The notes under the pieces: generated by a model | Database searches by the model: none | Told to the model about the DNA's origin: nothing | What the model saw: only the letters and a program-made list of their open reading frames with translations | In this document: positions 1-11,883 of the stretch, in pieces | Layout of the letters: each line of letters starts with the position of its first letter | Position numbering within the stretch: the first letter of the stretch is position 1 | NCBI GenBank assembly: GCA_048571215.1 | Contig: CP182352.1 | Location: forward strand, 2,752,001-2,816,000 | Source of the DNA: Halarcobacter sp. | GTDB lineage: Bacteria; Campylobacterota; Campylobacteria; Campylobacterales; Arcobacteraceae | Direction of reading: 5' to 3' | Length of the DNA stretch: 64,000 nucleotides | Made by a program: the position numbers and the translations under genes

Positions 1-245
1 ATTGATTGTTGTCTTGTATCAGCACCAAGTACAAAAGTAAACTCATCTGAAAAGTTTTTCATATAATTAATTTCATCTTTGTGCGCTGCAATAATGATAT
101 TATCAAAAGTGGTGATATTTTTTAATCGATTAGCAACAAAAAGCCATAGGGGATGATGACCAATCCTAAGCCACTGTTTCTTTACTTGTAGTTCAAATCT
201 TGTAGAGTTTCCTGCACATAAAATTATTAATGTAACATTAGACAC
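1..245 (-). CDS. ispDF: 5' part of 2-C-methyl-D-erythritol 4-phosphate cytidylyltransferase (probably bifunctional IspDF); runs off the window
   Basis: Manual translation from GTG at 245: MSNVTLIILCAGNSTRFELQVKKQWLRIG..., the IspD N-terminal AG.S.R...KQ motif; not in ORF track. Confidence 0.85.
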   Translation of the reverse strand, partial: MSNVTLIILCAGNSTRFELQVKKQWLRIGHHPLWLFVANRLKNITTFDNIIIAAHKDEINYMKNFSDEFTFVLGADTRQQS

Positions 246-264
246 AAAGCCCCTTTGAGTAAAA

Positions 265-294
265 AAGTTACATTATTATACTTTAATGTAACTT
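265..294 (-). terminator. 11-bp perfect inverted repeat followed by a T run on the minus strand; overlaps a TATAAT hexamer
   Basis: AAGTTACATTA-N8-TAATGTAACTT between the HDOD gene and ispDF. Confidence 0.5.
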
Positions 295-302
295 ATGAAA
301 CC

Positions 303-1124
303 TTAAAGGTCATTTTCTATTTTGAATTTTATTGAGTCTATAGCCTGTTTTAAAAGCTTTGTATCAAATCCATACTCTGTTGCTTTGTTTAATGCTCTTC
401 TCACATTATGATCAGCAAGTGGAGCTGTAATATCACATAAGATTTTAATTATTTCAAGTATTTGAGCACTTTCTACATACTCTTTTGGACAATTTTCTAA
501 ATCCTCTACAAATCCAATAGAGAAAATAAGATTATGACTTAGATTCCAATGTTTGAAGATATTTGCAGTGATTCTAGCACATGAATAAGTCATATAATCT
601 TTTTCCACTTTTGAAGTGTTTTTAGTTACTTGTAGTTCATTTAAAAACTCTTCTTCTTTTTGTGCTTCTGTTACCACTTCTGCTATAACAAATTTACCTG
701 TTTCTTGTAAAAATGCTGGTAAAAGTAGATCCTCTTTTAAATCAAATGATATTTTAGAAACCCAAGTATTTACAAGATTAGATGCTAAGTTTGCAGAAAA
801 TAAGAAATCATCTGTTCCTACACCATAAGGTTTAAGATTTGTTTGGATTAAGTTTTGAATCACAGAACCTAATGCTATTGAGATTGTAAAATTTACCCCA
901 AGAAGAGATATAGCTCGACTAGGAGTTTCTACTTGACTTACAAAACCAAACATTGCTGAGTTTGCGACCCTTAACACTGTAGTGATTATTAGGGGGTCTT
1001 TTTCAATGATTTTTAAAAGTTCTAAAGGCTCTTTGTCTGACATCTTTCTAAACTCTTCAAGCTCCATTACAGAATTTGGTAATGGTGGCAGTGAGTCAAT
1101 CTTATCAATTATAAGTTCTTTTAT
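303..1124 (-). CDS. HDOD domain signal-transduction protein; probable ATA start at 1124 (ORF track starts at 1067)
   Basis: DP...VLRVANSAMFG...AISLLG HDOD pattern; in-frame IKELIIDKIDSLPPLPNSV lies upstream of the first ATG; AGGA at 1137-1134. Confidence 0.8.
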   Translation of the reverse strand: MKELIIDKIDSLPPLPNSVMELEEFRKMSDKEPLELLKIIEKDPLIITTVLRVANSAMFGFVSQVETPSRAISLLGVNFTISIALGSVIQNLIQTNLKPYGVGTDDFLFSANLASNLVNTWVSKISFDLKEDLLLPAFLQETGKFVIAEVVTEAQKEEEFLNELQVTKNTSKVEKDYMTYSCARITANIFKHWNLSHNLIFSIGFVEDLENCPKEYVESAQILEIIKILCDITAPLADHNVRRALNKATEYGFDTKLLKQAIDSIKFKIENDL

Positions 1125-1125
1125 T

Positions 1126-2127
1126 TTACAAAATCCTACTTATTTCATCTTTTTGTGTTGATATAATATCAATTAATTGTTTATATTCATCTGTATTGAT
1201 TTTAAGTAATTTTACTTTTTCATCTAACATATCATACTCCTTGTTTTCGTTAAGATATTTATTACTTTGTTGAAATTCCTCTACGAGGCTATCTTCAAAG
1301 CTTTTTGAAGTATAAAACTCCTTCTTTTTATTTAATTTTGAAATCTTTTTATAAAAATGTAAAATTTCTATAAATTTATCATTTTTAAAAAAAGTAATAT
1401 TCTTGAAATCTGTATTTAAAATATTTAATAGTTTTAATAACAAAAAAGAACAGTTATTCATATATATCATATATTCACTTGTTTCATCAACAAACTCTTT
1501 GCCACCAAACTCTGAAAGTAAAGATAATTCATATCCATGAAACTGTTTTTCTAATGAATGATAAAAAAAATCTAAAACATAATCTATATCTTTATCTTCA
1601 AATGTTTTATGTTCTAAGTGTGTAAAATAGTAAAGTTGCTCCCCAATTAAATTATTTAATATTTTTATATGATTTTGCTCCAAAGGAATCATAAACTTAA
1701 CCATATTATTTGATTCTTTTAAAAGTTGTAAAAATTCATATATATATACTCTTTTTTCATTAATAACAGAAATAACTAAACAAAGTTCAGTAAAAACTTT
1801 TACTAAAATAGTATAACATTTAAAGAACCATTCAAAGGAACATTTATCATTTTCAAAAAAATTAGCTAACTTTTCTTCATAATACCTAAATAGCCTACTT
1901 ATCTCAACAACATCATAACTATCTTTATAAATACGAAACTCTTCATTAAAATAAAGCCTATTTAAAATCAATAATAAATTTTCTTCTGTGTGATTTTTCC
2001 CATAAAGGAAAGCATCTAAATCTTCTTTCACTTTAGTATAAATAATTTCCATATCTTCACAACTTTCCATCACAGACCTAATCTTAAAATAATTTATTAT
2101 ATAGAAATGAAACTTATATACTCTCAT
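1126..2127 (-). CDS. Hypothetical protein (start uncertain, possibly 2070)
   Basis: 333-aa ORF with no recognised motif, abutting the HDOD gene. Confidence 0.7.
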   Translation of the reverse strand: MRVYKFHFYIINYFKIRSVMESCEDMEIIYTKVKEDLDAFLYGKNHTEENLLLILNRLYFNEEFRIYKDSYDVVEISRLFRYYEEKLANFFENDKCSFEWFFKCYTILVKVFTELCLVISVINEKRVYIYEFLQLLKESNNMVKFMIPLEQNHIKILNNLIGEQLYYFTHLEHKTFEDKDIDYVLDFFYHSLEKQFHGYELSLLSEFGGKEFVDETSEYMIYMNNCSFLLLKLLNILNTDFKNITFFKNDKFIEILHFYKKISKLNKKKEFYTSKSFEDSLVEEFQQSNKYLNENKEYDMLDEKVKLLKINTDEYKQLIDIISTQKDEISRIL

Positions 2128-2215
2128 ATACTTAATTAATTAAAATTAACTCTTATAATTAAGTTTATATAAACTAAATTTGATATAATCAAAAAAATAT
2201 ATATAATAGGGATAA

Positions 2216-3568
<1,353 letters not shown>

Positions 3569-3587
3569 TTCAACTAGCATATTTATT

Positions 3588-3624
3588 AAAAAGGGTCAAG
3601 ATTTAGTTCTTGACCCTTTTTTTA
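3588..3624 (+). terminator. Rho-independent terminator of thiC
   Basis: AAGGGTCAAG-loop-CTTGACCCTT followed by T run. Confidence 0.85.
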
Positions 3625-3789
3625 TTTAAATAAAAAACTTAAATATGTTTGTGTAAAAATCAATGATTTTTTAGATAGAATACCAAAAACTTTTATATTT
3701 AAAAAGATGAAAATTACAATTTCAATTTAAGAGTAAAATTATCCTATTTAAATATAATACGAAAAAATCATAATATATAAGGAAAATAG

Positions 3790-4959
3790 ATGGCAAACAT
3801 AGCTGAAATCAAAGAAGAATTATCAAAAGTTCTTTATCCAGGATTTCAAAAATCTATTGTGGATTTTGGATTTGTAAAAGATATTGAACTAAACTCAGAT
3901 AATAGCTGTACTTTATCTTTAGATATTACATCAAGTGCACCTGAAGTTGAAGAGACTTTACGAAAAGATATAAATGAAACTTTAGGAAAAATTGGTGTTA
4001 CAGCAACAATAAATGTAAAAAAACCAGAAGCTCCAAAACAACAAAGTAATAGTACAAGCGGAAATAATATTGCTCCACAAATTAAAAACTTTGTTATGGT
4101 AAGCTCAGGAAAAGGTGGAGTTGGAAAATCAACTACAACAGTAAACTTGGCAATAGCAGCAGCAATGCAAGGTAAAAAAGTTGGTGTCTTGGATGCAGAT
4201 ATTTATGGTCCTAACATTCCTCGTATGATGGGTCTATTAGGGCAAGAAGTTGAGATAGTTGGGAATAAAGCAAAACCATTTAGTGCCTATGGAATAGATG
4301 TTATGTCTATGGGTTCACTAATGGAAGAGGGACAAGCTCTTATTTGGAGAGGTGCTATGATTATGAAGGCTATTCAACAACTTCTAAGAGATATCTTATG
4401 GGAAGAGTTAGATATTCTTTTTATCGATATGCCTCCTGGAACTGGTGATGCCCAATTAACTTTAGCACAAAGTGTTCCTGTAACTTGTGGTGTAAATGTT
4501 ACAACTCCACAACATGTTGCTTTAGATGATAGTAGAAGATCATTAGATATGTTTAAAAAACTTCATATTCCAATTGGTGGTATTGTTGAAAATATGAGTG
4601 GGTTTATCTGTCCAAAATGTGGTGAAGAATCAGATATCTTTGGAATGGGAACTTGTGAAGAGTTAGCAAAACAATACGATACACAAGTATTAGGAAATCT
4701 TCCAATTGAACCTGCTATTAGAGAAGGTGGAGATGCTGGAAAACCAGTTGTTTATTTCCAACCTGAATCAGAATCAGCAAAAAGATATATGAGTGCAGCT
4801 GCTAAACTTATAGCTTATGTGGATCAAGTAAGTGATAGTGCTGAAAATGCGTCTATCCAACCAACAACACCTCCTGGTGTATCTGCTTGCTCAACAGCAG
4901 GTGCTAGTTCAGCACAACAAAAACCTCAAGACAATGAAAGTTGTGGATGTGGACACTAA
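3790..4959 (+). CDS. mrp: Mrp/NBP35 (ApbC) Fe-S cluster carrier ATPase
   Basis: SGKGGVGKST, DADIYGP, DMPPGTGD, VENMS..CPKC. Confidence 0.95.
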   Translation: MANIAEIKEELSKVLYPGFQKSIVDFGFVKDIELNSDNSCTLSLDITSSAPEVEETLRKDINETLGKIGVTATINVKKPEAPKQQSNSTSGNNIAPQIKNFVMVSSGKGGVGKSTTTVNLAIAAAMQGKKVGVLDADIYGPNIPRMMGLLGQEVEIVGNKAKPFSAYGIDVMSMGSLMEEGQALIWRGAMIMKAIQQLLRDILWEELDILFIDMPPGTGDAQLTLAQSVPVTCGVNVTTPQHVALDDSRRSLDMFKKLHIPIGGIVENMSGFICPKCGEESDIFGMGTCEELAKQYDTQVLGNLPIEPAIREGGDAGKPVVYFQPESESAKRYMSAAAKLIAYVDQVSDSAENASIQPTTPPGVSACSTAGASSAQQKPQDNESCGCGH

Positions 4960-5030
4960 ATAAAAAGAGCTTTTCTCTTTTTATTTAACTTTAAACCTTT
5001 AAAATAAAGTAGTTATTTTTTAACTACTTT
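4959..5030. terminator. Two hairpins between convergent mrp and chemoreceptor genes
   Basis: AAATAAAAAGAG..CTCTTTTTATTT and AAAGTAGTTA..TAACTACTTT. Confidence 0.65.
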
Positions 5031-6495
5031 ATTCATTTTCCTCAACTTTCATATCTTTTGCTTTTACATCATTTTTACCAATAAACTCTTTTTCATCTGC
5101 ACTTGTAACAATAAGTTTAGCAATACTATCTGTGGTAGATGCAATATTATGAGTTTGAGATGCAATCATTGCATTTTGTTGGGTTTGTTGATCAAGTTGA
5201 TTTACTGCATCATTAATTTGTTCAATTCCTAGAAGTTGCTCTTTACTTGACATCTCAATATCAGAAATCAGGTTAATAGTTTGTTGAATATTTTCATTTA
5301 ACTCTTTATACCCCTCAATCATATTTCCAGCTATATTTTTACCCTCATTTGCTTTTGAAGTAGCATTTTCAACTATAGTTTTTATCTCTTTTGCAGCTTC
5401 GGCACTTCTTGAGGCTAGATTTCTTACTTCTTGTGCAACTACGGCAAATCCTTTACCAGCTTCCCCTGCAGTTGCTGCTTCTACTGCTGCATTTAAGCTT
5501 AGTATATTTGTTTGAAATGCTATTTGATCAATTACACTAATTGCTTCATTTATTGATTTAACTTGCACATTAATTTCATCCATTGCAGAAGTAGTCTGAT
5601 TTGCAAGATTTTCCCCACTAGAAGCAGAACTTGTAACATTACTTGAATAGTTTGCCATTTTTGCAATGTTTTGAGTATTATTTCTTATATTTGAAGTCAT
5701 TTGTTCTAAAGCTGCAGCTGTTTCTTCCAAACTTGCCGCTGCTTCATTTGAACTTTGATTTAATTTATCTACATTTGATAAAAGTAAATCTGAACCTCTA
5801 TCAAGAGTTAATCCATTTTCTTTATTTTCAACTAACATATCATTTACAACATTAGCAAGACCATTTAAACCTTTAGATACCTCTCCTAAATTATTCCCTG
5901 TAATTCTATGGGTAAAATCTAATTTTTGATAAGATGCTAAAGCATCTTCTATTTTATTTAGATTGCCATCAACTTTTGAAGTCACAACTTGAAATAATTC
6001 ATTTATACCATCTTTAAGCTCTTCAATACTTTCATTTGTAGTTGTTTGGGTTATAGTTTGATCCATAATACCTGTTTTTGCCAAATCAACTGCATTTTTT
6101 ACAGAATCAATTACTTTTTTAGCTTCAGTAATATCTTGAGCAAATTTAACAACACGAGTAACTTTTCCACTTTTATTTTTTACAGGTGTATATGAAGCTT
6201 GAATCCAAACAGAACTACCATCTTTTCTAATTCTTTCAAACTCATTTATTTGAGATACTCCATTGGCTAAATTATTCCAAAAATCTACATATTCGCTGGT
6301 GGTTATATATTTCTTATTACAAAACATTCTATGATGTTTACCAACTACCTCATTAAGCTTATAACCTAATACATTTAAAAAATTCTCATTTGCATGTATT
6401 ATTGTCCCATCAGGATGGAATGATATAATTGCAAAATTTTCTTCCATTGCATTTAATCTTCCTATTTCCTCTTCTGTTTTCCCAAAATTAAACAT
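5029..6495 (-). CDS. Soluble PAS-domain methyl-accepting chemotaxis protein
   Basis: N-terminal PAS ([26 protein letters not shown]); MCP tip [29 protein letters not shown]; no TM segment. Confidence 0.93.
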   Translation of the reverse strand: MFNFGKTEEEIGRLNAMEENFAIISFHPDGTIIHANENFLNVLGYKLNEVVGKHHRMFCNKKYITTSEYVDFWNNLANGVSQINEFERIRKDGSSVWIQASYTPVKNKSGKVTRVVKFAQDITEAKKVIDSVKNAVDLAKTGIMDQTITQTTTNESIEELKDGINELFQVVTSKVDGNLNKIEDALASYQKLDFTHRITGNNLGEVSKGLNGLANVVNDMLVENKENGLTLDRGSDLLLSNVDKLNQSSNEAAASLEETAAALEQMTSNIRNNTQNIAKMANYSSNVTSSASSGENLANQTTSAMDEINVQVKSINEAISVIDQIAFQTNILSLNAAVEAATAGEAGKGFAVVAQEVRNLASRSAEAAKEIKTIVENATSKANEGKNIAGNMIEGYKELNENIQQTINLISDIEMSSKEQLLGIEQINDAVNQLDQQTQQNAMIASQTHNIASTTDSIAKLIVTSADEKEFIGKNDVKAKDMKVEENE

Positions 6496-6701
6496 AATCC
6501 TAATCCTTAAATATTGTTAAAATTGTTAATTTTAACTATTATATTTTATGTATAATATATTATTTTATTAAATTTTTTTACATAAAAACCACTTAGATTT
6601 TTAAAAAATTTGTTATTTTTATAAAAATCTTTTTAGCTATTACTATTATCCCCCATTTATTGGGATAAAATTATATTAATAAGAATTATATAAATAAAAA
6701 G

Positions 6702-7382
6702 TTAAGAAGTAGTCAAGATTTTATATCCTATTCCATAAATATTATGAATTAGGTCTTTATGCATTTTTTTTCTAAGATTAGTAATCATTGTTTTTAAAGT
6801 TTGTTTATTTGGTAATTCAAAATCTTCCCAAACCTCATAAAGAAGTTCGTCATAAGTAACAATAGATCCAAGATTAGAAAACATATAATTTAAGATTTTT
6901 TTCTCTTTTGGTGTTAAGATTATTGTTTCTCCAAATTTAATTAATTCTAAGGTTTTAAAATTCCATAAAAAATCTTCATCAATTTGAAGCAATGTATTTG
7001 ATATTATTTTATAGTTTTCTAATTCAGCAAATGCATTTTTTACTGCATCTAGAAGCTCTTGTTTATCTATTGGTTTTAAAATATATCTTGTAAGTTTTAA
7101 AGATGAGGCTTTTAATAAGTATTCTAAATCTGTATGGGATGTAATAAAAATTATTTTGGTATTAAAATCATTTTCTCTAACCTTGGATGCTAATTTTATA
7201 CCATCCATAATAGGCATATTTATATCTGTTACAATCACACTAGGATTGTATTTTTCATATATTTCATAGGCATTTCTACCATTTTTTGCTATTTTTATAT
7301 TATATTCAGTAGATAATATTTCAGAAACTATTTCAATGTTTATAGATTCATCATCTACAACTAAAACAGTTTTATCATCCAT
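6702..7382 (-). CDS. OmpR-family response regulator
   Basis: Receiver VVDD..TDINMP..KP plus winged helix ending IYGIGYK. Confidence 0.93.
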   Translation of the reverse strand: MDDKTVLVVDDESINIEIVSEILSTEYNIKIAKNGRNAYEIYEKYNPSVIVTDINMPIMDGIKLASKVRENDFNTKIIFITSHTDLEYLLKASSLKLTRYILKPIDKQELLDAVKNAFAELENYKIISNTLLQIDEDFLWNFKTLELIKFGETIILTPKEKKILNYMFSNLGSIVTYDELLYEVWEDFELPNKQTLKTMITNLRKKMHKDLIHNIYGIGYKILTTS

Positions 7383-7385
7383 CCC

Positions 7386-10300
7386 TTACTCCTTCTGTAC
7401 TATTTCTTTTTTTATCTTACTTAAAGAATCTATAAGTTCACTATAATCATAATTTGAAAAATAAGTTTCAATATTTTTTATAATATCTTCATCAACTAAA
7501 GAGTTTAACACTTCAACAAGTTGTTCTATTCTTGAACTTCTTATAAAATTATCTTCTTTTAAGTCCTTTATTATCTCATTAATAATCTTTAAAATTTCTT
7601 TATCATTATACCTCAAATTATCTATTTTAGGCTTATTAATAATATTTGTTTTAATTGATTGAAGAATCATTCTCATCTCAACTTTTAATTTTGCCAATAA
7701 CTGCTCTTTTATCAAAATAATCTTAGTATTTTCAATAGAATTACAAATATCATAAATCTTCATTGCTTGAATATTTCCACTAACCCCTTTTAATTTATGT
7801 AAATATCTATTAAAATCTTCACTACTTAAATCTATATCATCTAATATGGTTTCAATATTATTATAATTTTTATAATATTTTATGACTAAGGACAAGGCTT
7901 GATTAGAATCAAAAGATAAATTTTGCATCAATTCTTTAAAATTTATGCCATAAATATTTACCTCATATTCAGTTTTGTGCTTTCCTATCTTAGTATAACT
8001 CACATCAAAATATTTTGATATTAAAGTTTCAAATTCTTCTTTTATAATAGGTTTAGATATATGTCCATCCATACCAACTTGTTTTGTCATAACTTTATCT
8101 TTTTCCATAACAGCTGCACTTAGGGCAATTATTGGTATGGAAGAGTTAAACTCTCTTATTCTTTGGGTTGCACCAAAACCATCTAAGTTTGGCATTTGTA
8201 AATCCATAAAGATAATATCATAGGTATTATTCTTAACTTTTTCTACTGCTTCTAAGCCATCATTTGCTATATCTACTTTAAAACCAATTTTTTCTAATAT
8301 TGCTTTTGCAACTATTTGATTTGTTTCATTATCTTCAACCACTAAAACACTTTTTTCAACATTTAAGCTTAAATAGCTACTTTTAGTTTCTATCTTTTGT
8401 TCATTTTGGAAATCAAATATTATATTGTATAAAGATGATGGAGTAAAAGGTTTTTCTAAAACTTTAGTAATTTTTATATTTTTTTCTAAAAGGATATCTT
8501 CCATTTTTTTCTTATTATAAGAGTTTACCAATAATATATATTTTATATCTGTTTGTTTATTTTTAAATTCATTTAATAGTTGTAAATCATTAGTAGTTAG
8601 CATATTACAAGCAATCATAGCACAATCAATTTTTTGTTTTTCTAATATCTCAAGAGCTTTTTTCCCATCTTGCGCAACAATAATCTCAACACCCCAAGAC
8701 TTCAAAATATTACTTAGGTATTCACTTTCTATTTTATTACAACTTACTATTAAATATTTTTTTCTACAATTTACTACTTTTTTGACTTCTAAATCATTCT
8801 TTTTAAAATATTTTAACTCAAGTTCAAAATAAAACTTACTTCCTTTTTTCTCTTCACTTTCTAAGTAAATCTTACCATTCATCAAGTTTATAATTCGTTT
8901 TGAAATAACTAAACCTAAACCTGAACCACCATATTTCCTTTCACTTGATGTATCTAATTGTTCAAACGATTTAAAAAGTCTTTTTTGATTCTCTTCGCTA
9001 ATTCCAATACCAGAATCTTCTACACAAAAAATAAAAGTAGCTTTATTTTTGTTAAACTCTTTTGCTTTTACTTTTATAACAATATAACCCTCATGTGTGA
9101 ATTTTATTGCATTGCCTACAAGATTATTTAAAACTTGTGTTAATCTTAATGAATCCCCAAGTAGTAAAGAAGGAGTATCTTTTTCAATCAAAAAAATCAA
9201 ATCTAACTGTTTCTCATATGCTCTATAAGCAAATAAATTTGATATATTTTTAAAGATATCTTCTAAATTAAACTTATGATTTATAATATCTAGCTTCCCT
9301 GCTTCAATTTTTGAGTAATCCAAAATATCATTAATAATATTTAATAATGCACTTGATGAATGTTCAGCTTTTTTAAGATACTCTTTTTGCAAATCCCCCA
9401 TAGGCATATCTAAAACTAAATTTATCAATCCAATTATTCCATTTAAAGGAGTTCTAACCTCATGGGACATATTTGCCAAAAATTCAGATTTTGAATTGTT
9501 TGCTTTTTCAGCATTTGTTTTTGCAACTATTGCCTCTTCAAATAGCCTGATATTTTCTGTTATATCTCTTGATGAAGCATAAATCAACTCTTTTCCATCA
9601 ATCTCAATAAGTTTTGCATTTATTTGTACAGGGATAATTGTTTCATCTTTTCTTTTATAACTTGTGTTAAAGATTTTTCCCTCTTTAGAGATAGAAGAAA
9701 GATATTTTTTATTGTTTGTTAAAACATTTATATCCCATTGTTTTAAATTTAGTTTCATCACCTCTTCATAACTATACCCCAACATATTTGCAAAAGCGAT
9801 ACTTGATTCAACAATATTTCCATTTAGATCAATAACATGCAAACCATCAGTTGCTGAACTTAAAAGGTATTGATATTTTAGTTTTTGATTTACTATTTGA
9901 TTTTGTATCTTATCTCTTTCTGTTATATCAATTCCAATAGTAGCTATATAATCCATACTACTATCATCTTTTTGAACTAGTGTATTTGACCATTCAAATA
10001 TTCTTTCTTCTTTATCTTTTGATAACCAACTGCTTTTATAAGATCTTACAATCTTACCTTGTTTTGCTTTTTCAATAATGCTTTTTACATTATCCCTTAT
10101 CTCTTCAGGTAAAAATCTATTCCAAAAAAATGGTTCACTTGCTATCTCATCTTGTGTATATCCTGTAAACTGCTCCGCGTATTTATTTACCTTTATCATT
10201 ACACCTTGATTATCAATTACTGCAATAATTGCATTTGCACTATTTATAATATTAGATACAAAATCTTTTTCTTTTATGAGTTGCTCTTCTAATTCTTTCT

Positions 10301-11543
10301 CTTTTGTAATATCTCGTACTGAAGCATATACATATTTTTCATTTGATATCTCAATTATTGTAGATGTTATTGCTGCTATATAAGTTGTATTATCTTTTCT
10401 TGTATGTTTTCTTTGAATATATACAGGTTCATTTGATAATTGCGCTCTTAATCTACGGTATTCATCTTTGCTAATATTTTTATCCCAATCAAATACACGA
10501 AGAGTTTTCATCTCCTCATTATTATAACCAAGCATTTTTTTTGCATTTTCACTAAAATGTATAAGATTCCCATTTTTATCTATAATAAAAATACCATCTG
10601 AAGATAGTTCCATTAAAGTTTGATATTTATTTTTTTCTTTATTTATTCTCTCTTCATTATCTTGTAAAATTTTATTACGATATAGAATAAAAGCAATAAT
10701 AACTAGTGCAAGTGATAAAATCCAATAAGCTAAAGTATAATCTAGTTTTTCTATACTTTTGTTATGTAACCATCTATTTATAATCTCTTGTTTTTTCTTT
10801 TTATCCATATTATCAATAAGTTTATTTAAAATAGTTACTAATTGACTATTTTGTTTATTGACAATAAAACGAACATCAATATTAAACTTAGTAGTACCAG
10901 AAATTTTTAAGTTAGTATAAGATAGCCTATTTAACTCATAATTGATAACAGGCAAGATATCTGCTGCTGCAAAAACCTTCCCATTTGCAAGTAAATCTAA
11001 TGCATCTCGAATATTTTTTACTGGAACAAATTTTATCTTTGGATAGTGCTTTTGTAAAAGTTTATGGGCAGAATACTTATCTCCAACAGCTATAGTTTTC
11101 CCTTCTAGCTCACTTATATCTATTAAAAACTTCTCTTTAATATTTGTCGCAATTGCCAAGGGAAATGATGCATAAGGTTTAGTAAATGAAGCATACTTTT
11201 CTTTATCATTTGTTTTTGAAGATGCTATTATAACTCCATAAGGATTTTTTTTAAAAACTTTTAATATTTTAGTAAAACTTTCTATACTTATATACTTAAA
11301 TTTAATATTTGAATTTTTTATTAGCTCATCCCACATATCTATGGAGATACCTTTTATAATACCATTTTCTGCAAAACTAAAAGGTGGCCATCCTTTTTTA
11401 TTATAATAGATATCGAAAACTTTATTTTCTAAATATTTTTTTTCTTTTTCATCTATTTGTAGTTTAGTTTCTACAGGTTTTAAATCCTCTGAGAATAGAT
11501 TTGTAATAAATAATATAGATAAAACTATTAAAAAAAATTTCAT
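7386..11543 (-). CDS. Hybrid sensor histidine kinase (periplasmic binding domain, 3 PAS, HisKA/HATPase, 2 receiver-like domains, Hpt)
   Basis: FLANMSHEVRTPLNG, NLVGNAIKFT, DSGIG, GSGLGL, MDLQMP, HKLKG. Confidence 0.93.
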   Translation of the reverse strand: MKFFLIVLSILFITNLFSEDLKPVETKLQIDEKEKKYLENKVFDIYYNKKGWPPFSFAENGIIKGISIDMWDELIKNSNIKFKYISIESFTKILKVFKKNPYGVIIASSKTNDKEKYASFTKPYASFPLAIATNIKEKFLIDISELEGKTIAVGDKYSAHKLLQKHYPKIKFVPVKNIRDALDLLANGKVFAAADILPVINYELNRLSYTNLKISGTTKFNIDVRFIVNKQNSQLVTILNKLIDNMDKKKKQEIINRWLHNKSIEKLDYTLAYWILSLALVIIAFILYRNKILQDNEERINKEKNKYQTLMELSSDGIFIIDKNGNLIHFSENAKKMLGYNNEEMKTLRVFDWDKNISKDEYRRLRAQLSNEPVYIQRKHTRKDNTTYIAAITSTIIEISNEKYVYASVRDITKEKELEEQLIKEKDFVSNIINSANAIIAVIDNQGVMIKVNKYAEQFTGYTQDEIASEPFFWNRFLPEEIRDNVKSIIEKAKQGKIVRSYKSSWLSKDKEERIFEWSNTLVQKDDSSMDYIATIGIDITERDKIQNQIVNQKLKYQYLLSSATDGLHVIDLNGNIVESSIAFANMLGYSYEEVMKLNLKQWDINVLTNNKKYLSSISKEGKIFNTSYKRKDETIIPVQINAKLIEIDGKELIYASSRDITENIRLFEEAIVAKTNAEKANNSKSEFLANMSHEVRTPLNGIIGLINLVLDMPMGDLQKEYLKKAEHSSSALLNIINDILDYSKIEAGKLDIINHKFNLEDIFKNISNLFAYRAYEKQLDLIFLIEKDTPSLLLGDSLRLTQVLNNLVGNAIKFTHEGYIVIKVKAKEFNKNKATFIFCVEDSGIGISEENQKRLFKSFEQLDTSSERKYGGSGLGLVISKRIINLMNGKIYLESEEKKGSKFYFELELKYFKKNDLEVKKVVNCRKKYLIVSCNKIESEYLSNILKSWGVEIIVAQDGKKALEILEKQKIDCAMIACNMLTTNDLQLLNEFKNKQTDIKYILLVNSYNKKKMEDILLEKNIKITKVLEKPFTPSSLYNIIFDFQNEQKIETKSSYLSLNVEKSVLVVEDNETNQIVAKAILEKIGFKVDIANDGLEAVEKVKNNTYDIIFMDLQMPNLDGFGATQRIREFNSSIPIIALSAAVMEKDKVMTKQVGMDGHISKPIIKEEFETLISKYFDVSYTKIGKHKTEYEVNIYGINFKELMQNLSFDSNQALSLVIKYYKNYNNIETILDDIDLSSEDFNRYLHKLKGVSGNIQAMKIYDICNSIENTKIILIKEQLLAKLKVEMRMILQSIKTNIINKPKIDNLRYNDKEILKIINEIIKDLKEDNFIRSSRIEQLVEVLNSLVDEDIIKNIETYFSNYDYSELIDSLSKIKKEIVQKE

Positions 11544-11759
11544 GATATGGTAAGTCTCTTTTTATATAATCTCTTCTATTCTACTTAAATATATCTTATA
11601 TAAATAAAAATTACTTACTTAAAATACTCTTTATGAAGAACTATTTTTTTATAATATAATTATATTTTATTAACTTATTATAAGGCATACTTATTATATT
11701 TTATATGTAAATTAAGTGTAGAAGTTTTATAATTAGTTATGAAAACAAAGGGGGATACT

Positions 11760-11873
11760 ATGTTTTTACAAGAAATTTTTTTATTTGTTGTTGGAGGGTT
11801 GTTGGTTTTTATGGTTTTAAGTTTTATTGTTAAAAACTTTATTAGAAGAAGTAATAAAAAAAAGGGTATATAA
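11760..11873 (+). CDS. 37-aa small single-pass membrane protein (not in ORF track)
   Basis: AAAGGGGGA SD then MFLQEIFLFVVGGLLVFMVLSFIVKNFIRRSNKKKGI*. Confidence 0.6.
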   Translation: MFLQEIFLFVVGGLLVFMVLSFIVKNFIRRSNKKKGI

Positions 11874-11883
11874 AATACCCTTC

